From positions 70,494,001 through 70,558,000 of the forward strand of contig NC_059434.1 of the NCBI RefSeq assembly GCF_021028975.2: DNA of 64,000 bases, written 5' to 3'. Below are positions 38,195 to 51,189 of this stretch, in pieces. A model generated the notes under the pieces. The model was not told the DNA's origin, did no database searches, and saw only the letters and a list, made by a program, of their open reading frames with translations. This DNA comes from Sphaerodactylus townsendi (Eukaryota). The position numbers and the translations under genes were made by a program. Positions within the stretch are counted from its first letter, which is position 1, and the number at the start of each line of letters is the position of its first letter.

Positions 38195-38946
38195 CACTAT
38201 CAGAAAGATTATTCGTCCCAAAAGGGACCCAAAAAGGCAAAAGGTGGGAAAATTTGCCTTACAGTCAATGTTCCCTGTAAGCTGGACAGTCACCATATTG
38301 GTACCACACATATTGGATAGCCCCACCCAGCAGGTGGCTCAGTTCTGCTCAGGAGCTCTCCAAGGTGGCTCAGTTTCACTCAGTGGTAGGGAACTTCTGT
38401 GCAGTGGTAGAGAACACTTAGAGGGACTATTTCTTACAGTGATAAAAATGTGTAGAGAGGCAGGGAGACACCACACCTGCTATGTATCCTCTTCCTGTCC
38501 AGATACATTAATAGTTGACAGCCATCTTAGTGCCTTTTCCAAGGTTTTTCATTCAGAAAAGATATCTAAGTGAAGAATATGAGGATGGTTGATTATAGAG
38601 GAAATATCAAGCACAATGACTCTGCTCTGAAACTTGTAACATTATGCCTTAATATTTTCTCCTACATTATAAAAGCCTACAGAAATCTTTCAGTCAATTG
38701 TTCCTCTTAAAGGAAACATGCAAATACTGAAATTAATATGCTACAAAGCAGCAGAAGCAGATTTTCCTCTGGATGATCTTGAACGCAAGAATTTTTTTTG
38801 AAAAAATATGCAAATATGCTTTTTGTAGTCAACAGTCTGAAGTGTATTTTTAATGGGAAAAGGAAAGAGGAAGAGATATAAAATTTTATTTAGATTTTAA
38901 GTACATGTATCACTGAATGAAGGGCTATAATGTAAATCTGAGTGTC

Positions 38947-40327
38947 CAGAGGCGTTTCTCCCATTGGGCAAAGTGGGCAGATGCCCAGGGCACCCCCTTG
39001 TGGTGGGCGTCAAAAATGCAGGTTCGTTTGTGGGTTTTTTCTATTTTCCGTTTTTGGTCTGCGGGGGGGGGGGGCAGGTTTTAGGCTATCAACACCAAAA
39101 TTTCAGAGATGTTTTGGGACACTCTCCTGATAATACCACTCAGGTTTGGTGAAGTTTGGTTCATGGGGTCCAAAGTTATGGACCCTCAAAGGGGGTGCCC
39201 CATCTCCCATTATTTCCAATGGGAGCTAATAGTAGGTGGGGCTACCCTTTTGAGGATCCATAACTTTGGACTCCCTGAACCAAACTTCACTAAACTTAGT
39301 TGGTATCATTAAGATAGTCTCCTGCTGATATTGCCCAGGTTTGGTGACATTTGGTTCAGGGGGTCAAATTTATGGACTCCCAAAGGGGGTGCCCAATCCC
39401 CCATTGTTTCCTATGGGAGCTATAAGAGATGGGGGCTACACCTTTGAGAGTCCATAACTTTGGACCCCTTGAACCAAACTTCACCAAACCTGGTATCATC
39501 AATAGCATCTCACGAATATACTCTGAAATTTTGGTGTTGTTATCTTAATAATTGCACCCCTGACAGCAGGCAACCCCTAATTTTCCCCAGATTCTCCTTT
39601 TAAATCCACCCCCTTCCTGCCAATGCTTGTTTTCTTTCTTTCTTTTATTCTCTCAATGCCTAAGAAAGGTTATTATTATTATTAAATCCACCCCCTTTGG
39701 CATGGATTTAAAGGGCAAATATGAGGTCCCCAGTTTAAACACTGAAAGTGATGCTGTTTCAGGGTAGAGAAGAATCCTCCCCAAAATAGCATCAATTTCA
39801 ATGTTGTTTAAACTGGGGAGCCCAGATTCTCCCTTTAAGGTGGATTTAAAAGGAGAATCTGGACTCCCTAGTTTAAATACCATTGAAAATGATGCTGTTT
39901 GGGGGTGGATTCCAGCATCACTTGATTAAACCCAGATTCTCCTTTTAAACCCACCTTAAAGGGAGAATCTGGGGTCCCCAGTTTAAATAACATTGAAAGT
40001 GATGCTGTTTCCCCCAATTAGGGGGACTAGATACAACACCATAAAATGTTTTCATAGCAGTAATAAAACATTTTGAAAGCATTTTGAAAATGTTTTCCCA
40101 AAATTATTTCTGCTGTGTGACATGGCCTATTACTGTGTTCAGGTTTGTGAGTTGGGGCATGTTCTATAATGTGATTGTGACTTGGAAATGACCTGGTGGA
40201 AAAAATCATTGTTTGATCACGGTGGAGGAGGGTGGAGGAGGAGGGTGGAGGAGGAGGGTGGCCCCCCATGGGGGGGCATCAAACTCAAGTTTTGCCCAGG
40301 GCTCCAGTTTTCCTAAGTACGCCACTG
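38947..40327. mobile_element. hAT-like non-autonomous element with internal hairpins
   Basis: CAGAGGCGT ... ACGCCACTG termini, subterminal TGCCCAGGG motifs, two ~160-bp internal palindromes and repeated CCCAGATTCTCC/GGAGAATCTGG units. Confidence 0.7.
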
Positions 40328-40589
40328 ACTGGGACCATTATCATCCTAAAAAATAAAAACTCAGACATGTGTTTCAACAGTTATTTTGCCCCAGATCTAC
40401 GATTTTGGAAAGGGGACTTTTTTTTTCCTTTTTCCACACAGCCCTGTGGTGCATTTGTGCATCTTTCGGGACTTTTCAGGCTTCTCCTGATTTTTCTCAA
40501 ACCTACTTTGCTCTTCATGGATGGCTGCCGTGTGAGAGGAAAATTTGAATTTTCATTGTCCCATCCATACAACAATCATTTCCACAGGG

Positions 40590-40785
40590 ATGCCAGATCT
40601 GGATCGAGAAATACCTGTAGATTTTGGGGTTGTACCTTGAGGAGAGAGAAATTGGGAAAGGGAGGGACTTCAGCGGGATATAATGTCACAGAGTCCGCCT
40701 TCAACGTGGTCATTTTCTCCTGACACCTGGAGATCAGTAGTAATCCCAGGAAATCTCCAGCCACTACCTGGCAATTGGCAACCCT
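40590..40785. mobile_element. Old GGGTTGCCA...TGGCAACCC-type DNA element
   Basis: AGGGATGCCA ... TTGGCAACCCT, similar to 14975-15180. Confidence 0.5.
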
Positions 40786-42032
40786 GTCTTTACACATTGA
40801 TCGCCAGTTCCTCTTTCTTCTGCAGAGGAGAGTTTTCAACAGGTCATTTCACAGAGATTTAGTGATACACCATTATACTAAAATATGTATTGGCTTCTCT
40901 AAATTCCCAGGTTGCATTTTTTTTAAAGAAAAGTGACAAGCCACTTTCAATGCATTTTGCTGCTGGATGTTACTGTGTGAAATGGCAAAATCCTCTTGTA
41001 AACAATCATTAAAGTGCAGTGAAAGTGGACTAAAAGTACATTATTCAGCATGTGTGAAAATGCCTTAAGTTTCCACCCCATTGGCGGCAGGTACATATAT
41101 CTCTGCCATCAAATGTGTCAAAAATGAAAGCTATTCTGATAACTGGATGGATATTTTGGCCTAATGGTATATCTATATAATCTTGCACATCACAGATTTT
41201 GAAAGAAACTGTTGCAGGAAACTGCTGTGCAGGCATCTTTTGAATTTTGGGGCAGGCTGCTGGGTGCCATCGCCAAACGGCTGCCAAAGGAGGCAGAAGA
41301 AAAGGGGATTAGGAATATAAACGCACACAAATTCACACAAGAAGCCCAGAGGGGATAGTAAGCTCACAGAGGAAAAAGGCCAGTAAGGAGGAGGGAAAAT
41401 AAAGCACACACAGAGGCAAAGGGAGAGAGACTCTCCTCCAGCTCCACTGGCTTGCCCTCCACTGCTTTGCTGGGTATTTCTGGCAGGCCTCCCCTGGCCT
41501 CTGAATGGGCAAGGGAAGGGGATTGCACCACCCTACTCTTCCACTTGGATTACAGCTCTTGCAGTGTCAGAGTAGTGTCCTCCTATCCTTCTCAGCCTTT
41601 CTCCGTAACCCACCTTTAAAGGTCCAAAATAGTCCCACCCCTTCCCTGGGCATACCTGGCTTTTCTCTGTTCACCTCTTTGTTAACCTGTGGGGTGTGGT
41701 GAGGGTGTTGTGGGTGCGTGGCGGGGCAAGATGGGGGCATTCCAGGGCGGGTTGGGGGCAGAGGACGCACTAGTACACCAGGCGCTTTCTCCCCTTGCTA
41801 CGCCTCTGCTTGTTCTGTCTTCACGATGGCTCTCCCTACTTTTCTGAAGTATATGGGAAAGCGCCTAGAGAACAGCCCCCCCCCCCCATGGGCACCATGT
41901 TGGGAACTGTAGTACATCTTGCAAATGCAAGTAAAACAGACTTTTGAGCCTCATGTCAGAGTCAAGTTCAAAAATGTTGGAGTAACAAAAAAAATCACCA
42001 TGAGAACAGCTGTCCTTGCTAAAGGTCTAAGG

Positions 42033-42137
42033 CAGTGGTGGTGAACCTTTGGCAGGCCTCCCAATTGGCCATGCTGGCAGGGGCTGATGGGAATTGTAGT
42101 CCATAACATCTCGAGTACCAAAGGTTCGCCACCACGG
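42033..42137. mobile_element. hAT-type hairpin MITE (left arm deleted)
   Basis: CAGTGGTGGTGAACC ... GGTTCGCCACCACGG, perfect 8-bp TSD GTCTAAGG. Confidence 0.85.
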
Positions 42138-43040
42138 GTCTAAGGTAAACTGATCCACACCTTGAGGCAAACTGATAAACTCTGATAGCACTTTGTACCT
42201 CTGTTTCTACCATTTATGTAACTCCTCTGAATTTCACATGATAGTATTGCTCAATCAGATACTGATTAACAATGGAATCAAGTTGTATTTCTCTGCGAAC
42301 TTTCCAGTTTTAACTTTATAATAACCAAATCCACAGTTCACGTCCAGTGATCCTTTCCTCCTTTTGAACATTGCCCATGAAAAAGCATATCTCACTGTGT
42401 TAAATAAGCATCAGTCAGACCAAAAAACGTGTCACATTAAGTCCTGGAGCCAGTCGGCCCTTATGTTCTTGTGTGAAGGCAGAGCTCTCCAGATTTGCTA
42501 AGACTACAAATTACAGTTTGCCATAGGTTAGCAAAATCCTTAAAACCTTTGAGAATCAAGACATATTGAAAAATCCATTTTGCTAGCTTCATAAGGGGAA
42601 AAAACCCTTAAAAGCATTCTTTGTGCCAAGTAGAGAAAATGCAAGGAAGGTGGAAAGACATTATTACTGAGGGCAAGTATTTGCCTTTTAACTGGAATTC
42701 TCTGCTTGTCATTAAACATCTTTTTTTTTCATTGACATTGATTTTTTTTCTCATGATAAAAGCCCTGGATGTCATTATATAACTTGAAAGAATTGTCATA
42801 GCTGTGCTTCAGCTTTAACATAGATCCCGGTGCCATGTGAATATTTCACTGATGTGATGGTCCTTACTCAATTGTTACCTACCAGGTTTTCTCTGCAGTC
42901 ATTATTTAGCCATAAAGGTTGCTAAAGCTAACTGTACGTTCATCATTTTCTTTTCATATTATCCAATTTCATCCCCTCAGCTCTGGAATGCAAAACAGAC
43001 CCAAGTGTACCTATAGTGAAATCCTAATCAGAGTTACACC

Positions 43041-43232
43041 CAGTGGTGGGATCCAAAAAATTTAATAACAGGTTCCGATGGTGGTGGGATTCAAACAGTG
43101 GCATCGCCACACATACGCACCTCCAGTCCCTATTGGGCAGGGAGGTTGCTTTAGTAACCGCTTCTCAGCACTCAGAAAAAATTAGTAACCACTTCTAGAG
43201 AAGTGGTGAGAACTGGTTGGATCCCACCTCTG
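43041..43232. mobile_element. hAT-type MITE nested in an older hairpin MITE
   Basis: CAGTGGTGGGATCC ... GGATCCCACCTCTG. The flanks AGTGAAATCCTAA (43015) and TTAGGATTTCACT (about 43287) are the host element's inverted arms. Confidence 0.75.
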
Positions 43233-43574
43233 GTTGGATCCCACTAAGCCCATTAAATTCGGTGGACTTAAAGGGCATAACTTTGTTTAGGATTTCACTG
43301 CTAGTCAGCTTTTCTGATCCCAGAGTACAAGTCCATTATCCACCATACTAGAGGGGCTAACCCATAAACAGAGGCATGCTTCACTCCTCTAATTTTGAAC
43401 AATCCCATTTTACTTGCTACCCTTCTAGTTTTCCCTCCTGTTAAGGCTTTCTTGCATCTGCTACTACAGCCTGTACCTTTTCTGTATTGCTTCCCACCCT
43501 ATGGAATCTGCTCTCTAAGAAGGCATGGTGGGGCAGTGTTTTCAAGAGGCACTGTGCAGCCATTAAGAAAGAAG

Positions 43575-43762
43575 GCAGAATGGTAAAACCCAATCTCATC
43601 AGATTTTGAAAGCTAAGCAAGATCAGTATTTGGATGGGAGACCACCATGGAAAATTGTGCAGAGGAAGGTAACGGCAAAGCACCTCTGCTTCACCCTTGC
43701 CTTGAAAGACCCTTGATGGGGTCGTCATAGGATGCTACCCAATGGCACTTACATACATACAT
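43575..43762 (+). mobile_element. 5S rRNA-derived SINE (short subfamily)
   Basis: CCAATCTCATCAGAT..AAGCTAAGCA..GTATTTGGATGGGAGACCACC, an RTE-type tail and a (CATA)n end. Confidence 0.75.
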
Positions 43763-43811
43763 AAGGTGATTTTAGTGGTTAATAATGTTTAAGAGGCAGG
43801 TATTTGGGAGG

Positions 43812-44134
43812 CCGGGGCAGCATGGCATAGACCAATCTCAACAGATCTCAACCACCAAAGAAGATTTTGCAGAGGAAGGCAATGCCTTTTATGCCCCCAA
43901 ATTAAATGGAGTTAGAGGCTTGATGTGTAGTGTCATCCTAAGTAGGGTTATACCTTTTTAAGTCAGTTGAAATTAATTGGCTTAGATGTATGCTTAAGGT
44001 TACTGTGTTATAAGGTCAGAAAAAAACACTCTGTCTTGTGTCTGGGCAGAATTTTAGTGAACCCATTGCCTTGAAAGTTCCTTGCTGTGGTCACTGTAAG
44101 TCAGTTGCAATTTGATGGAACTTACATATATACA
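43812..44134 (+). mobile_element. 5S-derived SINE split by an inverted local duplication
   Basis: 5' half ends GCAGAGGAAGGCAATG (43884) and 3' half resumes TTGCCTTGAAAG (44066). Collinear with the neighbouring copy at 43575. Confidence 0.7.
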
Positions 44135-44146
44135 TTTGGGGGTGGG

Positions 44147-44444
44147 GGAGCAGCAGTGGCATAGGAGGTTAAGAGCTCGTGTATCTAATCTGGAAGAACT
44201 GGGTTTGATTCCCAGCTCTGCCACCTGAGCTGTGGAGGCTTATCTGGGGAATTCAGATTAGCCTGTACACTCCCACACACGCCAGCTGGGTGACCTTGGG
44301 CTAGTCACAGCTTCTCGGAGCTCTCTCAGCCCCATCTACCTCACAGGGTGTTTGTTGTGAGGGGGGAAGGGCAAGGAGATTGCAAGCCCCTTTGAGTCTC
44401 CTACAGGAGAGAAAAGGGGGATAGAAATCCAAACTCTTCTTCTT
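44147..44444 (+). mobile_element. tRNA-derived SINE (Squam3-like), young subfamily, full length
   Basis: A box TGGCATAGGAGG, B box GGTTTGATTCCC, (CTT)n tail. Confidence 0.88.
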
Positions 44445-44558
44445 ATCTTGCCTGCTTGGAATTGTCACAGCCTTGAGCCACAAGGCAGAAGTGGAGTATA
44501 AATATTTTAATACATAAATGAAATAAATAAACAATTTGATTTTCAAACTCCACAAAGA

Positions 44559-44831
44559 CCTTCACGGCCAGATTCAACTGGTTCTGGTGGGTTTTCCGAG
44601 CTGTGTGGCCGTGTTCTGGTGGATTTTGTTCCTAACGTTTCACCTGTATCACAGAGAAAAGTCTGTTTCATACTGTGTCTAAGTGAGAAGGGAAAGTTTA
44701 TACCACAATATACCACACTAAACTCTGTGATACACCTCTGAAGATGCCAGCCACAGATGCAGGTGAAATGTTAGGAAGAAAATCCACCAGACCACGGCCA
44801 CACAGCCCGGAAAACCCACCAGAACCAGCTG
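44559..44831 (-). mobile_element. 273-bp Penelope-derived inverted-repeat element
   Basis: Arms 44575-44656 and 44723-44831 are reverse complements. Hammerhead core CTGAAGA at 44738-44744. 9-bp TSD CCACAAAGA (44550-44558 and 44832-44840). Confidence 0.78.
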
Positions 44832-45852
44832 CCACAAAGAGATTAATCTGAACAGGACAAGACAGTGGGCACATTGCCACCACATTTGAATAACCTCTTT
44901 CTATTAACCATTTGGACACATCACTAGGAGACCAGTGTAAACAGCACATTATCTCAGCAAACACTGAACCACATACAACTGGGCTGTGAATTATGCCTAC
45001 TGCTTCTATACCACCCAGCAGCTGCAGTCTACAAACATAGATGTAAAGGAAAGCCTCTAAAATGTTTGCTGTACTGTCATTTTTGTATGTGCTTTGCTTT
45101 TGAATCAACTCCCTCACAAGTGTACAAACCTTTCAACAGTTTAAATCCAAAATACAAGCCTGTGTATGTTTTCCCATCTTCTTCCCATACCTTGAATTCA
45201 TATCTTTCTCGAGTACTTGGATAAAGATACAGTGTGAAATGCTCATGCATACACATTGCAGAAAATGAGCATAGTTGCGCTGCCATCTTTCTAGATCTGT
45301 TCCAGGAAAACACTTTAGCTACACACTTAACTTCAGATCAGGCATCCCAATGATGCTAAAAGGGTCTACTCTTAGTCCTTGACTTGATCAGGATGCAAAT
45401 AAATATATGGGTTCACTAAAATTCTGCCCAGACACAAGAACAGAGCGAGTTTTTCTGACCTTATAACACAGTAATCCTAAGCATACATCTCTAAGCCAAT
45501 TAATTTCAACTGACTTTAAAAGGTATAACCCTACTTAGGATGACACTACACATCAGGCTTCTAACTCCATTTAATTTGGGGACATAAAAGGCAGAACAAC
45601 AATTATCCCAACTTTTTATCACTATGTATTTTGTATTGTTACGATGAAATATTATCCCTGTAGTGGCTACGGATGAGATAGTGTTTCTGCTGTCTCTTTT
45701 TACTGTTTTTCACGGTTAGTTAAATATTGTTTTAGTGCCTAAGTTTTTATTATCAGATTTGACTTCTTTTTTTAGAGATAGTTTACTACAGCTTTGTACA
45801 TTTCAGAAGCAAGTAAAATGAATTTACCTGTTAGGAAGGTTAGTTTACAATT

Positions 45853-46002
45853 CAGGGACGTAGGTAAGGGGGGGGGCGTTTCTCTGGTTCAAACCCCTCC
45901 TATTACATGTCTGGCTTGCTTGAAACAATGCATGGAATGGAACAGCCAGAAAGCCCTCAATCACCAAACCCACCCCATAAAAAATCTATACCTACGTCAC
46001 TG
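45853..46002. mobile_element. hAT-like MITE
   Basis: CAGGGACGTAGGTA ... TACCTACGTCACTG, flanks GTTTACAATT / GTTTACAT. Confidence 0.65.
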
Positions 46003-46354
46003 GTTTACATTAGCATTGTCATGAGGGGTTGGGATTTCTTTTTCTGAAATTCACTTTTTGACAAATACATACATTTTGACAAATATACATACATATATAT
46101 CAAACCACTGATTTCTCGTATTCCTTTTTCCCTATTAAAAGAAGGACTTCTCTTTCATTTCTTGGTGTAGAGAAAGCAATACACCCTTTCGTAACTTAAT
46201 TCCTTGTTATTTTATACGACAAATCTCATGGGGAATGCTCTAAAAGGGGATGTGAAGGCTTGGGAAGGCAATCTGTTTCTGAGCATCTACAGACTGAAAT
46301 TGTCTCCCTTCCTGTTGCTCTTCTCTTTACATTTATCCTCAATTAAAACAGAAT

Positions 46355-47246
46355 TGAACAGCTTTTCTCCATCTCCCATTTCATTAGAACGTGGGGTCAT
46401 CCCCTGCAGTTGTATGGTGGGTGAGTCAGGACAGACAAAAGGTAGTCCTTCACACAGCACATAGTTACATTCTGAAAAATTCTGAAACTTGCTGCCATAG
46501 AATGTGGTGATGGCAGCCAACTTGGAAGGTTTTTAAAGGGGAGTGGATAAATTTAGTGAGGATGGGGCTCTCTTTGGTTGTTAGTCATGCTGGATATCTA
46601 CTTCCCCTAGCACCAGAGTCAATAAGCTTTTTTACATCAGTTGCTGCCTCTTTCTACATAACCAAAATAAAACATTTTGTGGCAGGAAATAAAACACTGT
46701 TGTGAGGAATTCCACAATGTTGTTAGCCCAAAATGTTTTATTTCTAGCCTCAAAATGATGTTAAATGCATCCTCGATTTTAGTGATTCCTTTGTTGAAAC
46801 ATTTTCACAACATTTTGGCTTTAAAACATTTTCCTCACCTCTCCTCTGTCCCCAGTTTTCCTCCTCGGCACTATTTTATGAGCTCGGTCTATCATCTCAC
46901 TGTTTATTTTCATCAGTTTGGTTTATTTGGGAGGGGGTGATATTTTCAATGCTTTGAGTGCACAGCCTATGACAAGTTGTCACCCAAGCCTTTGGAGCAT
47001 CAATGCATCAGACCCAAAAGACATTTTAAAAAGGAATAAGCACAAAATGACAGCCAGAAATCATTTCGAGGGGGGTGAGTGCAAACAAGCAAAGAGAACT
47101 GAAAACATTTTGCAAATATTTTGCGAACGTTTTTAATGACTTGAGCAGAAAGGGCTGCTGGGAGCACAGGTGGGAGGATGCCGTGGCAGTCATCAGGTGT
47201 GTGGTCATTTGGTCTGATCCAGCAAGGCACTTGTCATGTTCTTATC
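46355..47246 (+). mobile_element. CR1 LINE 3' end (decayed ORF2 C-terminus and 3' UTR) interrupted by a MITE
   Basis: Decayed RTWGHP..L..G..RTDKR..FTQ......LP..VVMA.NL.GF motif and a terminal CTGATCCAGCAAGGC..ATGTTCTTAT. A palindromic insert lies at about 46646-47155, flanked by TGCT. Confidence 0.72.
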
Positions 47247-48807
47247 ATTAGATATGGATTCCATATACCTAAAATGAGGAAAATAAAAATGATTGTCGGG
47301 ATTCTGGGATACATTGGGTAGAGATATTTTATTTATTTATTTATTATTTAAATTTATAGACCACCCAATCCCCAAGGGATTGTACCAACCCTAGTTCACA
47401 TCCCTCAGTTTTATCTGAAGGTGAAAGATGGCACAGCTTAGAATTCTAAGGAGAAACCTGAAATGAAGAGCTGGTTCAGATGTGCAGACATTCAACACGG
47501 TTCAGTCCTTTATTTGAGATGGCAGATGTACAATTCCAGGTTTGAGTGCTCCCAGTTGTCAAATGTAATTTCATACATGAAGGGGGAATATCAAAGATAA
47601 GACTTCCAACCTTACTCTCTCCCTTGCTCTATATTCTAAATTGGCAGTGTGCCTATTATAGTAATTGGTGAAAATCAACAGCGCATCAATTCTATGGCCT
47701 TATCAAATATTGGTCAGTAGATGGATAGATGGGGAAACCATACATGAAAATAGCTCAACCATAAAGTTGCCATGATGATGAGCGGGATATAAGAAATAAG
47801 CAGAACAGATGAGAGCTATTTGGAGTACGGTATCATCTGGCAGAATGATTTAACTGCAAGTTTCACTTCTGTGTAATCTGCAAATTAAAAAAGTTAATGA
47901 TTGAAACCCCCAGATGGAATCATATCTAACACATAAGCATAAGCAAATGTTAATAGGCATATTTTGAAACAACAGAAATAACATGTCCTTTGGGTACCCA
48001 TGTGTTATTATTTGAGTACCCATCCATATTATTTGCTAGGGAACCTAACATTTACATTTTTTTGTTAAGTAGCACTTCCCCCAACCCCCAGTATATCTTT
48101 GATGCATATTGAAAGATAGCCTTCATGGAATTAATGTGTACTACAAGCAATCAAAAAGCATCAACAATATAGTCAGCCTCAGTGAATGTCATGAAATGTG
48201 AAGAATCGCCTTATACCCTTTTGCAACCATATTATCCATTCAATAGTCTATCTTCTCAAACTAATTACAGGGTAGTTGCAGGAACAGGTGCATATTTCGA
48301 GCTCTGGTAAGCACTAAAGTTTTTAAGTGTCTCTCCGGACTGATGACTGATGTGTCACCAGCCGCTGGGAACTACCAAAATATTCGGTAAATAATCTGGA
48401 CAGATTCCCCTCGACCTTTTCCCTGTACCTCTGTCAGCAATTACTTAACATTAAAGGTTCCTCTAATTAAACTATGCAGTTCAGGGCTAAAACTGTAAAT
48501 AGAATTGACCACCCAGACTTTGCTGAGTAAACAGACAATATATAGCAGGCAGGCAAATTTCAGTGAGTCGTGGATGAGTAGTATCAGCTAGGGTTCCCCA
48601 GCAAAGACCTGGCAGTTGTGTTTGCTGTGAAGAACTCCTTGACAATTTCCCAGGCAAGAAAAAAAGTCTTCTTGTCTCTGAACACAAGGAAACGCCAATG
48701 AATCAAACAAGCAAAAACAGAATTCAGGGCATGCCTCGCCCACCCAATTATTATCTTGAGGGTCTCACTTAACATTTTATCTGAGCTGGTGGTGGGAAGA
48801 GCTGGCA

Positions 48808-48990
48808 AATTGCAGCCCGCTTATGGTGATGTCATAGGGGTTTCAAAACAAGAGACATTCAGAGGTGGTTGGCCATTGCCTACCTCTGCATTGTGATCTT
48901 GGTAGTCTCTGATCCAAATACTAACCAGGGCCAAACCCTGCTTACCAGCCAAGATCTGATGAGTTCAGGATTGCCTGGACAACCCAGGTT
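48808..48990 (-). mobile_element. 5S rRNA-derived SINE
   Basis: Reverse complement has CTCATCAGATC..TAAGCAGGG..GCCCTGGTTAGTATTTGGAT..GAGAC and GGCAATGGCCAACCACCTCTG. Confidence 0.72.
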
Positions 48991-49043
48991 AAGAATTTAT
49001 TTAAGTTAACATTTTTATATTTAATTTTTTACATGTGTTAGGC

Positions 49044-49280
49044 CAGGGGTCAGCAACCTTTACCACCCAAAGAGCCATTTGGACCCATTTTCCATGGCCC
49101 CGAAGATCTACCGAGCCAGAGAGGTGGCTCCGTATGGAGCTGCCTCCAGTTTGGCCCCTCCACTCACCTTTCTTGGAGGGACATGCCCATGCTACCTTCC
49201 GACCTCCAGGCCATGCGGAGCCACAGTATAAGGCTGAAAGAGCCGCATGCAGCTCCAGAGTCATGGGTTGCGGACCCCTG
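49044..49280. mobile_element. hAT (Charlie-like) MITE
   Basis: CAGGGGTCAGCAACC ... GGTTGCGGACCCCTG, perfect 8-bp TSD TGTTAGGC. Confidence 0.88.
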
Positions 49281-49327
49281 TGTTAGGCCAATAAAAACAG
49301 ATTTATTTATAAATATTCTAGGTGTGT

Positions 49328-49349
49328 TCTTTCTTTCTTTCTTTCTTTT

Positions 49350-49413
<64 letters not shown>

Positions 49414-49415
49414 TC
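49328..49415. repeat. (TTTC)n microsatellite
   Basis: About 21 TTTC units. Confidence 0.97.
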
Positions 49416-51189
49416 ATTGGGCTGAATCCTGACTACATTTTCCATCAACAGTATGGTAATTCCCTGCCTCCCTCCATCATTGTAGACCACCAATATCTAT
49501 GAAATGCTTCTCCCTGAGGGTAGGTGAACCTAAGGAACTACATGAGGCCAGGCTACAGTGGAAAGGGGGAAAGGTTGAAATTGCCAGTATAAGTCCAGAA
49601 TCCAACCCAGTATACAACAATGGCTTCATATCATTTGTGAAGACCTACTTACTTCTTGAATGAGAATTCTGCCTCTGTGGACAGGGACATTTAGCTTTAT
49701 ATGACCAAACAGTTACAGTTTAATGAATAGCCTACATCCATGGATTAAAAAAAACAACAACCTGTGTTTGCCTTATAAAGAACCTGTTCAAATTGAAGGG
49801 AAAAAATGTGCCATTATTAATGCACTGACCTTGAAATCTGGGGAAAGCATAGTCATGGAGCCAGACAGGAAAACAGGCAATTTTCAACGTGTGTTATGCT
49901 ATCATTTATTTCAGAATAATATGCCAGAAGGAACCTTCCAAAGGAACAGCTGTAGGAAACATCCATCTATTCCTTATGCAGGAAATGTGCCAAAATACCT
50001 ACAAGTCTGAGATTGCAGTGCATAGATTCATATGTTCAAAACCAAACAAGGCTTAATTTTCTTTCCCATGTAATTAAGAAACTCAAGTTGATATACAAGG
50101 TGGGGGGTTGTTTTTAGAGAGTGAGAAAATTTAATAACTTGCTTCCTATGCTATTTTAAAATCACAGGTTAAGCTGCCATTCAACCAAGAAATAAATAAG
50201 TTACTAAACAGTTAATCACTTTGGGCTAGTTCTCACTGTCATTTAACTGAGGATGGCCTGGTCCTTTTCAAGCCTGGATTATGTATTTTTCCCACAGTGA
50301 AATGATTATGTGAGGTTTCCAACAGTGGTCAAGATTACAGGTTGGCATAGCCTTAGTCAGTTTATAATCACACCGTCCATTTGAGAAGATTTTCAATAGG
50401 GTGATAAGCCTCAAATCAAGTAGAGACAGAGTCTCTCTAAAAGTGGACATTTAAAGTGGTTGGGAAAAGACTGAAAGCATGTTGATATGGATGATAAAAT
50501 ATCCATGAAAGGAAAGGAGCCGAAACACATCATTATGGTCTTTGCTAAGGGCGACCTGTATAGTCAACCTGGGGGTTCCTCCTTTAGCAAAGTACCAGTA
50601 GAATTTCAAGGGAAGCAGGAAGAACTGAGCACAAAACTTGCACAAAATTTTAACAATAGAAAGCATAGTAATAACAAATTATTTATATCCTCCCCCCACA
50701 GCAGGGCTCATGGTGGTTTACATCCGAAATAAAAGAAATCTTCAACAATAGCAGATAGTAAAATATGCAACACAAGTAAATTAGAACTCTAAAATACACT
50801 CTCTAAAGTAATGGTACTTTAACATCTGGCAACCCCAAAGGCTGAAACATCCACCATCTGGCCACCTCAAAGGCTGAAATTTCTAATCCGCATCAGTGGA
50901 ACCTGCCCCAAACTCTGGTGGTTTATCAGAATCCAATCTAGAGCTGTCTGCAGAAGCAGCAATGGACAGGACGTTAGCAGGAACCCTAAACGAATAATAG
51001 ACAGTTACATGAAAACTGAAAAAAATATATATAACCAAACAATCCTAATGAATGCAAGCCTCTAGTGCACAAACATTTAGCAGCCCTAAAGGTGAAACAA
51101 GTGTCCTCATGGGTAATCCACTGCAGAATTTCTACACACTTGGAACTAGTACAAACCAGATCCATGTCTCATTTGTCCCATGTGTTCAA

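Larger units (their letters stand above)
43883..45593. repeat. Inverted duplication: 43883-44066 versus 45407-45593
   Basis: About 185 bp reverse-complement match with roughly 10-12 differences (counted by eye). Confidence 0.92.
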
